From the NCBI GenBank assembly GCA_943356415.1, contig CALREW010000001.1, positions 16,528 through 80,527 of the forward strand: 64,000 bases of DNA. Direction: 5' to 3'. The notes under the pieces were generated by a model. It worked only from the letters and a program-made list of their open reading frames with translations, was not told the origin of the DNA and searched no databases. The translations under genes were made by a program, and so were the position numbers. Origin of the DNA: Candidatus Nomurabacteria bacterium. Its GTDB lineage: Bacteria > Patescibacteriota > Minisyncoccia > Phycocordibacterales > SBAW01. Of the stretch, positions 8,935-17,469 are shown piece after piece; within the stretch, counting starts at the first letter, position 1; every line of letters begins with the position of its first letter.

Positions 8935-9654
8935 CTAGATTCTTAATTTTGTTTTCCAGTTTGTAATCGCAGTGCGTAAGGATTCTTCATAGACAGATTT
9001 AAATGCTGTTTCGAGCGTTGTGTTTTCATCGAGCTTTCTATATGCCTCTATTATTTTATTTTCTCCATAAACTTTTCTTAAGTACTCAATAAAACTGAAA
9101 AGCACCAGATACCCAAGCTGGTCGGCAAACGGCTCTTTGTTTGTATCTCCTCCCATTGTTTTTATATCCCCTATTGTTTGAATAGCGAGAGGGTCGGGAA
9201 TGTCTTGAATATTTTCCTTTTCTAATTTTTCAATAAGTCTGTCTGTTGCGCCATCAAACCCCGCAGTTCCTTCTTCTAGGAAAAAAGAATTTCTATAGGC
9301 AGAGAAATTTCCAACAAGATGAGCAACGACAATATGGGCTGTTTCGTGTTTGATGATTTTTTCTGCATCATTTGGTAGATCCCGAAATACATCGACATTG
9401 CAATATATTTTGTCGTCTGGTTGATCTCGAAGAAGAAAACAATATTTCCATGATTGCGGACCAGAGGTTGCCCCTTCTCTAAAAGCATCATCGCTCATTA
9501 TTGATACCCCGATTCTTATTGGCGAGGAAACACCCCACTCTGCTTCCAAAAGTACACCAACCTTGTTAAAAGATAGCTTTACTTGCTTCTCTTGCTCAAC
9601 TAAAACGCTCCCAGAGATTTCAAATATAAAATTTATATATTGTGGCTTTTTCAT
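8935..9654 (-). CDS. Putative zinc metallopeptidase (HExxH, peptidase MA-like)
   Basis: IKHETAHIV followed by FLEEGTA. Confidence 0.65.
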   Translation of the reverse strand: MKKPQYINFIFEISGSVLVEQEKQVKLSFNKVGVLLEAEWGVSSPIRIGVSIMSDDAFREGATSGPQSWKYCFLLRDQPDDKIYCNVDVFRDLPNDAEKIIKHETAHIVVAHLVGNFSAYRNSFFLEEGTAGFDGATDRLIEKLEKENIQDIPDPLAIQTIGDIKTMGGDTNKEPFADQLGYLVLFSFIEYLRKVYGENKIIEAYRKLDENTTLETAFKSVYEESLRTAITNWKTKLRI

Positions 9655-9663
9655 CTTTAAAAT

Positions 9664-9873
9664 TTATTTTAACAACTTATCGCTCGAAACGCCGAGCGCT
9701 TGAGCCAAGCGTTCCAGCTGTTGAATGGTAATATTTTTCTTGCCGTTCTCTATCGCACTCATATAGCCCCTATCCATATCAAGCGCACGGCAAATGTCGC
9801 CTTGCGACATTTCTTTTCGAGTCCGTATTTTCTTGATATTTTGACCAAGTTTTTCACGAATCAACATATCCAC
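9664..9873 (-). CDS. XRE-family HTH regulator
   Basis: MSQGDICRALDMDRGYMSAIENGKKNIT. Confidence 0.9.
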   Translation of the reverse strand: MDMLIREKLGQNIKKIRTRKEMSQGDICRALDMDRGYMSAIENGKKNITIQQLERLAQALGVSSDKLLK

Positions 9874-9923
9874 AGTTTACGAGATATTGCATTTCTAGCC
9901 AATCTTGAACTATAATTCAACTT

Positions 9924-10165
9924 AGCGGCGAAGCAAACCAAAAATTTCCTTTCCTCATTTTTCGCCTTGCAGGCGGAGGGGTGGGGGGAGGAGCCGTGCA
10001 AAGAAAATGCAAGGAAATTTTTGGGTTTGCCCGCGCGAGTCTGCGAGCGCGGTTGAGGCGCATTGGTTCGCATCACCACTTAATCGGAGCGTACGGGGCA
10101 GTTTCAAGCCACCACGCGCTCCGCGCGTGTGAAGTAGGTTCGAGCAAATGTTAGAATTAGAGCAC
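9924..10165 (-). repeat. 242 bp inverted repeat, arm X copy 2
   Basis: Reverse complement of 7912-8153. Confidence 0.9.
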
Positions 10166-10292
10166 TAGAGAGAACAAGTCGCGGATTTAGAATTTGGAGC
10201 GATTTTGCGGAAGCCAAAATCGCGCTATCAATTTCTTTTCCGCCTACGGCGGAAGCCGTGAAATCCCATAATTCCCCCCAGCGTATGGAAAC
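10162..10292 (+). repeat. 131 bp inverted repeat, arm Y copy 1
   Basis: Reverse complement of 11698-11828; includes the probable recombinase ATG at 10285. Confidence 0.9.
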
Positions 10293-11844
10293 AACTCAAA
10301 CCAAAACTAAATGCGTTCTCTATGCAAGAAAAAGCACAGAGGAAGATGATAAACAAGTTATGTCCATTGAGGCACAGTTTTTTGAATTGGAAGAATACGC
10401 GCATAGAGAACGCATTGAAATCGTGAAAGTATTTACGGAAGCGAAAAGCGCAAAAAAGCCCGGGCGAGACGAGTTTGCGAAAATGATTGAATATATTGAA
10501 AGAAGCAGTGAGCCAATCGGTATCATTTGTTGGCACCCCGACCGTCTCGCCCGCAATAGCGTTGATGGCGGTAAAATAATTTATCTTGTAGACACTGGCG
10601 CTATTGCTTCTTTGCGCTTTCCGCAGTTTTGGTTTGAGCCAACTCCGCAAGGGAAATTCATGTTGCAAGTGGCGTTCGGACAAAGCAAGTATTTTTCTGA
10701 CAATCTTGTGGAAAATGTGAAGCGTGGAATCCGCCAGAAATTGCGAAAGGGTGAATGGCTGACACTTGCGCCCCTTGGCTATGTGAACAATTACAAAACG
10801 AAAAATATTGAACCCGACAAGGTAGAATCTCGCGTTATCAAGTTAGCATTTCAAGAATACGCCAAGGGAACGCACACGCTTGTTTCTCTTTCGCAATTTC
10901 TGGCGGATCACGGGATTGTGCAGAAAAAAGGAACGCCACTTGCCAAAGTTTCCGTCGTGAAAATGTTGTCCAACAGAGCATATATAGGATTTATTAAACA
11001 TCGCGGAGAATGGCACGACGGAAACTTTGAATCCATTGTTTCTCCGACACTGTTTGAAGCAGTGCAAAAAGTGTTCGCGGAACGGAAGAAACCCCGAAAG
11101 CAAAAATCGTTTCTTCCGTTCGCATTTACCGGATTTGCAAAGTGCGGAGAGTGTGGCTGTGCAATTACGGCACAATATTCCACCAACCGATATGGAGTAA
11201 AATATTGCTACTATCGTTGCACCAAGAAAAATGGAAAGTGCGCACAGCCGTATTTGCAGGAAAAATCACTCTCCGCACAATTGCAAACACTGCTTCAATC
11301 AGTGTCGCTTCCTCTCTCGGAAATTGAAGAAATGGAAAAGCAGATTGATATGTGGGAGAAAGAATCAATTTCCGAGAGAGGAAGTGTTGCCCAAAATCTA
11401 AAAACGAAACTTTCAGACACGAAGGAGAAACTGGACAAACTTATTACGCTCTACCTCGACGGGGATATTGAACGAGAAATATATTTGGCGCGTAAAGATT
11501 TACTCCTTCGTGAAAAAGCGAAAGTTTCGGAAAGTTTAGATGATTTTGGGCAACACAAGAAACAATGGCTCCAACCCTTGCGGAGTTTCATTTTGTCCTT
11601 GAAAGAAGCCACTGTTTTGCAGGAAACGGAAAACCACCTCGCGTGGAAGCAGTTTTTCCAAAAAATCGGGTCTAACCCCACTTTCAAGGACAAAACGGTT
11701 TCCATACGCTGGGGGGAATTATGGGATTTCACGGCTTCCGCCGTAGGCGGAAAAGAAATTGATAGCGCGATTTTGGCTTCCGCAAAATCGCTCCAAATTC
11801 TAAATCCGCGACTTGTTCTCTCTAGTGCCGGGGAGAGGACTTGA
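10285..11844 (+). CDS. Large serine recombinase/integrase
   Basis: YARKS catalytic Ser; DRLARN; recombinase domain; zinc ribbon CGECG...YYRC...C; coiled coil; C-terminus runs into the tRNA. Confidence 0.92.
   Translation: METTQTKTKCVLYARKSTEEDDKQVMSIEAQFFELEEYAHRERIEIVKVFTEAKSAKKPGRDEFAKMIEYIERSSEPIGIICWHPDRLARNSVDGGKIIYLVDTGAIASLRFPQFWFEPTPQGKFMLQVAFGQSKYFSDNLVENVKRGIRQKLRKGEWLTLAPLGYVNNYKTKNIEPDKVESRVIKLAFQEYAKGTHTLVSLSQFLADHGIVQKKGTPLAKVSVVKMLSNRAYIGFIKHRGEWHDGNFESIVSPTLFEAVQKVFAERKKPRKQKSFLPFAFTGFAKCGECGCAITAQYSTNRYGVKYCYYRCTKKNGKCAQPYLQEKSLSAQLQTLLQSVSLPLSEIEEMEKQIDMWEKESISERGSVAQNLKTKLSDTKEKLDKLITLYLDGDIEREIYLARKDLLLREKAKVSESLDDFGQHKKQWLQPLRSFILSLKEATVLQETENHLAWKQFFQKIGSNPTFKDKTVSIRWGELWDFTASAVGGKEIDSAILASAKSLQILNPRLVLSSAGERT
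11698..11828 (-). repeat. 131 bp inverted repeat, arm Y copy 2
   Basis: Reverse complement of 10162-10292; lies inside the recombinase 3' coding region. Confidence 0.9.
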
Positions 11845-11907
11845 ACCTCCACATCTTGCGATACCTGCTCCTAAGGCAGGCGTGTATACCAATTTCACCA
11901 CCCCGGC
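11826..11907 (-). tRNA. tRNA-Leu(TAG)
   Basis: Acceptor GCCGGGG/CCCCGGC; anticodon stem CCTGC/GCAGG with loop CTTAGGA; long variable arm; TTCAAGT T-loop. Confidence 0.93.
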
Positions 11908-12005
11908 GTAAGGGAACTATAAACCAGAAAGGGCAGGCTCAAAAGGAGGATTCGGTCCTTACAGGATGAGTACAGGGCGCACAGGTGGTCAGGGGTTTGA
12001 GTTTG

Positions 12006-12168
12006 GAAGGATTCGGTCAAGCGCTCACTCGTCGCCGTCGCTCCTCGCTCCGCCTGACCACGATTCCGCGACCCGCCCTGCTGAGCGGGTGCCCGCGAAA
12101 TCCTTCGAATCCTTCTGGGCGTAATACAAAAGTCGTCGGATACATGTATCCGACTCGTTTTGTATTTG
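12006..12168 (-). ncRNA. tRNA-3'-associated structured element (Lys copy)
   Basis: 18 nt exact inverted copy of the tRNA 3' end (12104-12121 vs 12171-12188); GCGACGGCGA motif; second T-arm-like copy at 12006-12015. Confidence 0.6.
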
Positions 12169-12241
12169 TGCGCCCAGAAGGATTCGAACCTTCGACCGTT
12201 CGCTTAAGAGGCGACTGCTCTACCAACTGAGCTATGGGCGC
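12169..12241 (-). tRNA. tRNA-Lys(CTT)
   Basis: GCGCCCA/TGGGCGC acceptor; loop CTCTTAA; GGTTCGAATCC. Confidence 0.93.
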
Positions 12242-12325
12242 ATGTATCTCACAGAACGCGGATTCGTCTCAGCCGAAGCCGGATGAACAAAAAAGATACT
12301 AACACAATACGCAGGATTCTAAAGT

Positions 12326-12496
12326 GTGCCGAGGGGACTCGGCCAAGAGCTCGTACTATCGCCGTCGCGCCAGTACTCCTCTCGGCCCTGCTCGCACGAC
12401 CCATTCTGCTAAATGGGTGCCCGCGCTCGCTTTCTCGTCCTACCCCGACAGAAATTGTTAATCGCCCGGAACAGATTCCGGACTCAAACAATTTTG
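12326..12496 (-). ncRNA. tRNA-3'-associated structured element (Leu-TAA copy)
   Basis: Degenerate antisense 3' end at 12432-12450; core closely similar to 26144-26320; ends in CGAGTCCCCTCGGCAC. Confidence 0.6.
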
Positions 12497-12579
12497 TGCC
12501 GGGGGTGGGACTCGAACCCACACGACCTTTCGATCTGGGGATTTTAAGTCCCCTATGTCTACCATTCCATCACCCCGGC
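12497..12579 (-). tRNA. tRNA-Leu(TAA)
   Basis: GGGGA-CTTAAAA-TCCCC anticodon arm; long variable arm; GGTTCGAGTCC. Confidence 0.93.
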
Positions 12580-12763
12580 GGGTTGGGGGAATCGGTCACA
12601 GATAATCGCTCGTCGTCACTCGCGATTTCCGCGACCCCGGCTCGCGGTTTCGTCTGCTGACGAAACATCGCTGCGCCTTTCGATTCCCCACGTGCCGTGC
12701 GTAGGCACGGCACTCCCAGGACTCATTGAAACGTGCACTGTCGTGCACGAAAAGCCACTGAGG
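12580..12763 (-). ncRNA. tRNA-3'-associated structured element (Cys copy)
   Basis: Split antisense 3' end (12679-12689 and 12715-12724) with a 9 bp hairpin inserted; second sense copy at 12585-12594. Confidence 0.6.
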
Positions 12764-12835
12764 AGTCCTGGGGGGGAATCGAACCCCCGCGTGTCGGTTT
12801 TGCAGACCGAAGCGTTACCACTTCGCCACCAGGAC
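12764..12835 (-). tRNA. tRNA-Cys(GCA)
   Basis: GTCCTGG/CCAGGAC acceptor; TCGGT-CTGCAAA-ACCGA; U discriminator. Confidence 0.93.
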
Positions 12836-12862
12836 AATATGAGCCGCACGTACTTTAGCATA

Positions 12863-13207
12863 TCAGGCTCCTTTGGCCTGCTTTTCTGCTTCGTGAGAAA
12901 GTTCGTCCATGCGCTGGCGATTCTTTTCACCTTCATCAATGCGGAACTCAGCACGGGGAAGTACGCGGAAGCGTGAACGCTCTTTGAAAAATGCGCGTAA
13001 TTCTGGCGAGCGGCGGTTTGCAAAATCAACCGCTGAGCCCTCCTTCTCGCGGGGCAACACCGTGATGTAGACGATAGCTTTATGTTCTCGTTCAACGATA
13101 TCGACGCGAGTCACGGTTATCAGTGACTGTCCGCCATCTTCGCGAGCGAGGAATTCTGCGGCAAGCTCTCGTACCGCCTCTGCCAATTTTTGTTTGTGGA
13201 AAGCCAT
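12863..13207 (-). CDS. rbfA: Ribosome-binding factor A
   Basis: ITVTRVD...A.VYITV...PRAEFRID; directly downstream of infB. Confidence 0.85.
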   Translation of the reverse strand: MAFHKQKLAEAVRELAAEFLAREDGGQSLITVTRVDIVEREHKAIVYITVLPREKEGSAVDFANRRSPELRAFFKERSRFRVLPRAEFRIDEGEKNRQRMDELSHEAEKQAKGA

Positions 13208-13216
13208 TGCCGAGAC

Positions 13217-14725
13217 TTACTTCTCTATGATCGTGAAGCACTCGATACGGTCGCCCGCGGCAGGTTCTCCTTCAGTTTCGACGAGTGCTCCAAATTCCGA
13301 ACCTTTTTCGACACTCTTTGTTGCCACTTTACCGCTCTGGAGACTTTTTATGCGACCGCGGCCGAGCTCAAGGTCGCGGCGCATAAGGCGAAACTGGGCG
13401 CCATCTTGGAGCACTCCTTCTTCCACTCGGCCGCCGAGCACTACTTTGTGCTTAGTCGAGCTAAAAACTTTTAGCACCTTTGCTGCGCCAGTTACTTCCT
13501 CCACCATCTCGCGCGGCGTACGCTCTTTTGCTTTTGCTTCGAGCCACTCTGCAAGTTTGTAAATGATGTCGAAGTGCATGACTTCAACGCCTTGGCGTTC
13601 CGCCATCTCGCGTGCACGTGCATCTGGCTTGCTGTTAAAACCCAAAATGATGCCCGCAGTAGAACTGCCCGCAACGAGTTTTACGTCCGCTTCAGTCACT
13701 CCACCTACTGACGCCCCAACAACACGTATTTCAATTTTATCCTGAGGAATTTTCTCTATCTCGTGACGGATAGCGTCTATGGTTCCGGCAACATCCGCTT
13801 TTATGACGACAGGCAGTACGGCGCGCACCACTTCTGTTTCAGATGTAGGTGCAGCCTTTGGAGGCGCCATACGCGCAGCACGAGCCTCCGCTGCGATAGC
13901 CTCTGCCTCCTTTTTTGAATCAACCGTCTTAAATGCTCCTCCAATCTGTGGCAAGACTGAAAATCCAACGATGCGTACTGGAGAGCCAGCCGAGGCTTCT
14001 TTAATAGCCGTCCCTTTAAAATTTTCCATAATGCGCACCGGCGCAAACGATTCGCCTGCAACAACGTACATACCCGAAGCGAGTTTTCCGTCGCGCAATA
14101 TGAGCGTGGCGGCGATACCTTTGCGTGTATCAACATTTGCTTCGATCACGCTGCCTGAAGCGGGTGCGCTGGCGTCGTAGCTCAGTTCGGCAAGTTCCGC
14201 GGCCAACAGCACGAGGTCGAGCAATTCAGAAATACCATCTCCGCGTTTTGCGGAAATGGGAACAAATGGGACGTCGCCACCCATGCCTTCGAGGTACACT
14301 TCGTTTTCAATAAGGGAACTTTTCGTGCGCTCAAGGTTTGCGCCTGGCTTGTCTATTTTATTGATAGCCACAATGAAGGGGCGCTTTTCTTGGCGGATGA
14401 GTTTAACCGCCTCGATGGTCTGCTGCTTCACACCGTCTTCCGCTGACACCACAAGAATCGCGACGTCGGCTACTTCAAGCCCACGTGCACGCATCTTCTC
14501 AAACGCAGCGTGTCCTGGAGTGTCGAGGAAGGTGATGGCCTCAGTCGCTCCTTCTTTCGTCTGATGCGTTATTTCGTATGCAGAGAGATGTTGTGTGATT
14601 CCTCCCGCTTCTCCTTCGACCACATTTGTTTTGCGGATGTAGTCAAGCAGCGTGGATTTGCCGTGGTCGATATGACCCACGACGGCAACGATAGGGGGGC
14701 GCTTTGTGCGGGAGGCTGAGTTCAT
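13217..14725 (-). CDS. infB: Translation initiation factor IF-2 (short, no N-terminal domain)
   Basis: RPPIVAVVGHIDHGKSTLLD, EAGGITQH, DTPGH, NKID. Confidence 0.95.
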   Translation of the reverse strand: MNSASRTKRPPIVAVVGHIDHGKSTLLDYIRKTNVVEGEAGGITQHLSAYEITHQTKEGATEAITFLDTPGHAAFEKMRARGLEVADVAILVVSAEDGVKQQTIEAVKLIRQEKRPFIVAINKIDKPGANLERTKSSLIENEVYLEGMGGDVPFVPISAKRGDGISELLDLVLLAAELAELSYDASAPASGSVIEANVDTRKGIAATLILRDGKLASGMYVVAGESFAPVRIMENFKGTAIKEASAGSPVRIVGFSVLPQIGGAFKTVDSKKEAEAIAAEARAARMAPPKAAPTSETEVVRAVLPVVIKADVAGTIDAIRHEIEKIPQDKIEIRVVGASVGGVTEADVKLVAGSSTAGIILGFNSKPDARAREMAERQGVEVMHFDIIYKLAEWLEAKAKERTPREMVEEVTGAAKVLKVFSSTKHKVVLGGRVEEGVLQDGAQFRLMRRDLELGRGRIKSLQSGKVATKSVEKGSEFGALVETEGEPAAGDRIECFTIIEK

Positions 14726-14743
14726 AGGATGTATGCATCGAAC

Positions 14744-15238
14744 CTACTTTGTAGCTTGCTCGCGTGCAAGGCGTATCGCTTCCTTCTCTTCTTCAGAAAG
14801 TTCAAAACCGGAACGGCCTTTTTCGATCGGTTTTCCAAACATGCTCACCCGCTCTCGGCTGTAGAGTGTTGAGAGAACAACGCCATCGCCTTGTTCGGTT
14901 ACCAATGCCGTAGCGAAACTTTGGTTTCCTCCTGAACCGTCGCCCTTAAACGGATTGAAGCGCACAGTTGAAACACCGCGTACTGAGGACGACATACGTG
15001 CCTCGGCGCGTTTGAGATATTGCTCAAGCTCAACGCGGAAACTCTCGAGATCTTTCGTGCGACGCGCAAGGGTAACAATCGATTCTTCAAGTGATGCGCC
15101 GTTGCGTCCTAGCATGAGTCGGTGTATGCGTCGGTGTTCCCATACAAGAAGTGCTATTGCGACAAGGGCAATAACACATGCTGCCGCAGCGGCGGGGACA
15201 GCAAAAGCAGCGTAGGGGATAAGTGCCTCTGACCACAT
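14744..15238 (-). CDS. DUF4446-like membrane-anchored protein
   Basis: N-terminal TM; VRFNPF...GGNQSFA...GVVLSTLYSR...LSEEE. Confidence 0.75.
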   Translation of the reverse strand: MWSEALIPYAAFAVPAAAAACVIALVAIALLVWEHRRIHRLMLGRNGASLEESIVTLARRTKDLESFRVELEQYLKRAEARMSSSVRGVSTVRFNPFKGDGSGGNQSFATALVTEQGDGVVLSTLYSRERVSMFGKPIEKGRSGFELSEEEKEAIRLAREQATK

Positions 15239-15309
15239 GCGGGGCAGTATACCTCGCAGGCAGGCGTTAGGCACTAGCAGGAGAAGGATTGGAGCGATAC
15301 TCTACAGCT

Positions 15310-16500
15310 ATGTTTTGGAAAAGAAGTCGTATCTATATGGATGCAGCCGCTGCGACACCTCTATCGCCGGAGGTGTATACGCGTTTTATTGAAGCGCTCA
15401 CGCAGTATGGAAATCCTGGCGCCCTTCACACAGAGGGAGTGCGTGCCAAAGAACTTCTTGAAGGCGCACGAAAGGAGGCCGCTGTGGCATTGCACGCGCA
15501 CGCAGACGAGATTGTCTTCACCGGCTCAGGAACCGAGTCAAACAACCTCGCTATCTTTGGTGCAGTTGGTGATGTGTCGGCGGACAAGATTCATATCATC
15601 ACAAGTAGCATTGAACATCCGTCGGTACTTGAGCCGATACGAGCGTTTGAGCGTCGTGGCGCGAAGGTGACCTACCTACCTGTTGATGCCGAGGGTCTTA
15701 TTGCTCTCTCCGCGCTCAAGGAAGCAATTGTCGACGAAACGCGACTTATTTCGGTAGGTCTTATCAATAGTGAGATTGGAACGATTCAAGACGTTCGTGG
15801 TATTGCAAAAATTATTCGCGATGTTCGAAAGACACGCGTAAATGCAGCGCCCCTTCTTCTTCATCTAGATGCTGCGCAGGCACCACTGTGGCTCAAATTG
15901 AATGTTGAACAACTGCATCCCGATCTTCTCACGCTCGATGCGCAAAAAATGATGGGTCCCAAAGGTGCGGGACTCCTCTACGTGCGTCGCGGCGTGAGTC
16001 TTCAGGCACACCTGCTTGGTGGAGGACAAGAAAGAGGACTTCGCTCCGGTACAGAAAATGCCGCCGCCGCGTCTGCACTTGCACGCGCGCTTACTCGCGC
16101 GCAAGAGGTGTGCGAAAAAAATACTGCCAATGTAGCGGAGGTTCGAGACGCACTTTTCGACGCGATTAAAAAACAAATACCTGAAGCGATTGTGAACGGC
16201 AGTTTGGAGAGTCGCGTCGCAAATAACTGCAATGTATCGGTTCCAGGTTTGATAGGAGAGCGCGCAGTTCTCGCACTCTCTGCGTGGGGAGTTGCCGCCT
16301 CGACGCGTTCGGCATGTGCCGCTAAAGACCAAGAACTCTCCCATGTGATCCGTGCACTTGAAGCAGGTGAGGGAGGTGTTGCGCGTGCTCGTAGCGCTGT
16401 GCGTTTTACCTTATTGCCCGACGCAACCGTAAGCGACGCACGCCACGCAGCAACACTTTTAGCAAAAGCTGCAGCCCAGTTTCGAAATATCGATGCGTAA
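15310..16500 (+). CDS. Cysteine desulfurase (IscS/NifS family)
   Basis: YMDAAAATP, FTGSGTESNN, IEHPS, AQKMMGPKG, RSGTEN, SAC. Confidence 0.9.
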   Translation: MFWKRSRIYMDAAAATPLSPEVYTRFIEALTQYGNPGALHTEGVRAKELLEGARKEAAVALHAHADEIVFTGSGTESNNLAIFGAVGDVSADKIHIITSSIEHPSVLEPIRAFERRGAKVTYLPVDAEGLIALSALKEAIVDETRLISVGLINSEIGTIQDVRGIAKIIRDVRKTRVNAAPLLLHLDAAQAPLWLKLNVEQLHPDLLTLDAQKMMGPKGAGLLYVRRGVSLQAHLLGGGQERGLRSGTENAAAASALARALTRAQEVCEKNTANVAEVRDALFDAIKKQIPEAIVNGSLESRVANNCNVSVPGLIGERAVLALSAWGVAASTRSACAAKDQELSHVIRALEAGEGGVARARSAVRFTLLPDATVSDARHAATLLAKAAAQFRNIDA

Positions 16501-16603
16501 AAAGGCCAGGTCCCTTCACAAAGATAAAAAGTAGTTGTATTGTGCTGTTTAGCGGCGTCTCAAACATAGATGCGCTATGATAGTGCTACTAAAGCGGCTT
16601 TTT

Positions 16604-17428
16604 ATGGATATCGAACAGCTCAACAAGACTCAAATCCTCCTCCTGACACTCCTCGTCTCGTTCGTGACGTCTATTGCGACTGGGATTGTCACAGTGTCTC
16701 TCATGGGTCAGGCACCCCAGGGTATAACCCAGACGGTGAATCGCATTGTTGAACGCACTGTTGAGAAGGTGGTGTCTGAGCCGGTGCGACACACTGCAGC
16801 GGTAGTGACGGGTTCTCAACCGCAGAGTTCAACTGAAACCACCGTGGTGGTTAAAGACGACGACCTCGCCGCTGATTCCATTGTGAAAGTCCAAGCCGCA
16901 ACGGTGCGTCTTGTTGAGAAGGGCGGTCCGGAGTCTTCCGCCTTTGCGCGCGGCATCATTGTTGACGCGTCAGGAGTTGTTGTTACGGATCGCGCAAGTA
17001 CGGACCCAAATCTTGGCGCTGAAGTGATACTTCCTTCAGGTGTACGTTTTTCGGTGAAACCGCGTCCACCAGTAGCAGGCGAGTCACTGCGTTTCTATGA
17101 CATCAACATGACTGGCACCAGTACGCCAAAACTCACCGCGCTTCCGCTGGCTGACATGAGTAAGTTACGTCTCGGACAGTCGGTCATTCGTATCGGCGGC
17201 CGTACTCGCGATAGCGTCGCACAGGGTGTCGTCTCGTCATTGCCTCAGAGTGGTCAGTCACTTATTGAAAGCACCGCAGAGAGCGTCACACCAGGAAGTC
17301 TACTCGTTACTATCTTTGGCGAGCTTGTCGGAATAACGACTGGAGAATCGCAAGCACAAGGTGCAACGTCATACACGCCAGTTACCGAAGTAGCTCAAGG
17401 TCTTGCTGAAGTTCGTTCGACAAAATAG
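16604..17428 (+). CDS. Membrane-anchored trypsin-like domain protein, probably catalytically inactive
   Basis: N-terminal TM; GIIVDASGVVVTD, LRLGQSVI, VAQGVVS, GELVGI; no GNSGG. Confidence 0.6.
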   Translation: MDIEQLNKTQILLLTLLVSFVTSIATGIVTVSLMGQAPQGITQTVNRIVERTVEKVVSEPVRHTAAVVTGSQPQSSTETTVVVKDDDLAADSIVKVQAATVRLVEKGGPESSAFARGIIVDASGVVVTDRASTDPNLGAEVILPSGVRFSVKPRPPVAGESLRFYDINMTGTSTPKLTALPLADMSKLRLGQSVIRIGGRTRDSVAQGVVSSLPQSGQSLIESTAESVTPGSLLVTIFGELVGITTGESQAQGATSYTPVTEVAQGLAEVRSTK

Positions 17429-17469
17429 GTCACCTCGGTCCGTCCCAAAAGGTTATACTTGAAAGAAAT

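Larger units (their letters stand above)
7912..11828. mobile_element. Serine-recombinase integrative element at the 3' end of tRNA-Leu(TAG)
   Basis: GCAC core at both ends; abuts tRNA 3' end; AT-rich cargo; large serine recombinase; internal junction at 10162-10165 joins the two end sequences. Confidence 0.8.

Noticed and set aside
11985-13095. ORFs across the tRNA cluster
   Set aside because: They overlap clear tRNA genes or rbfA.
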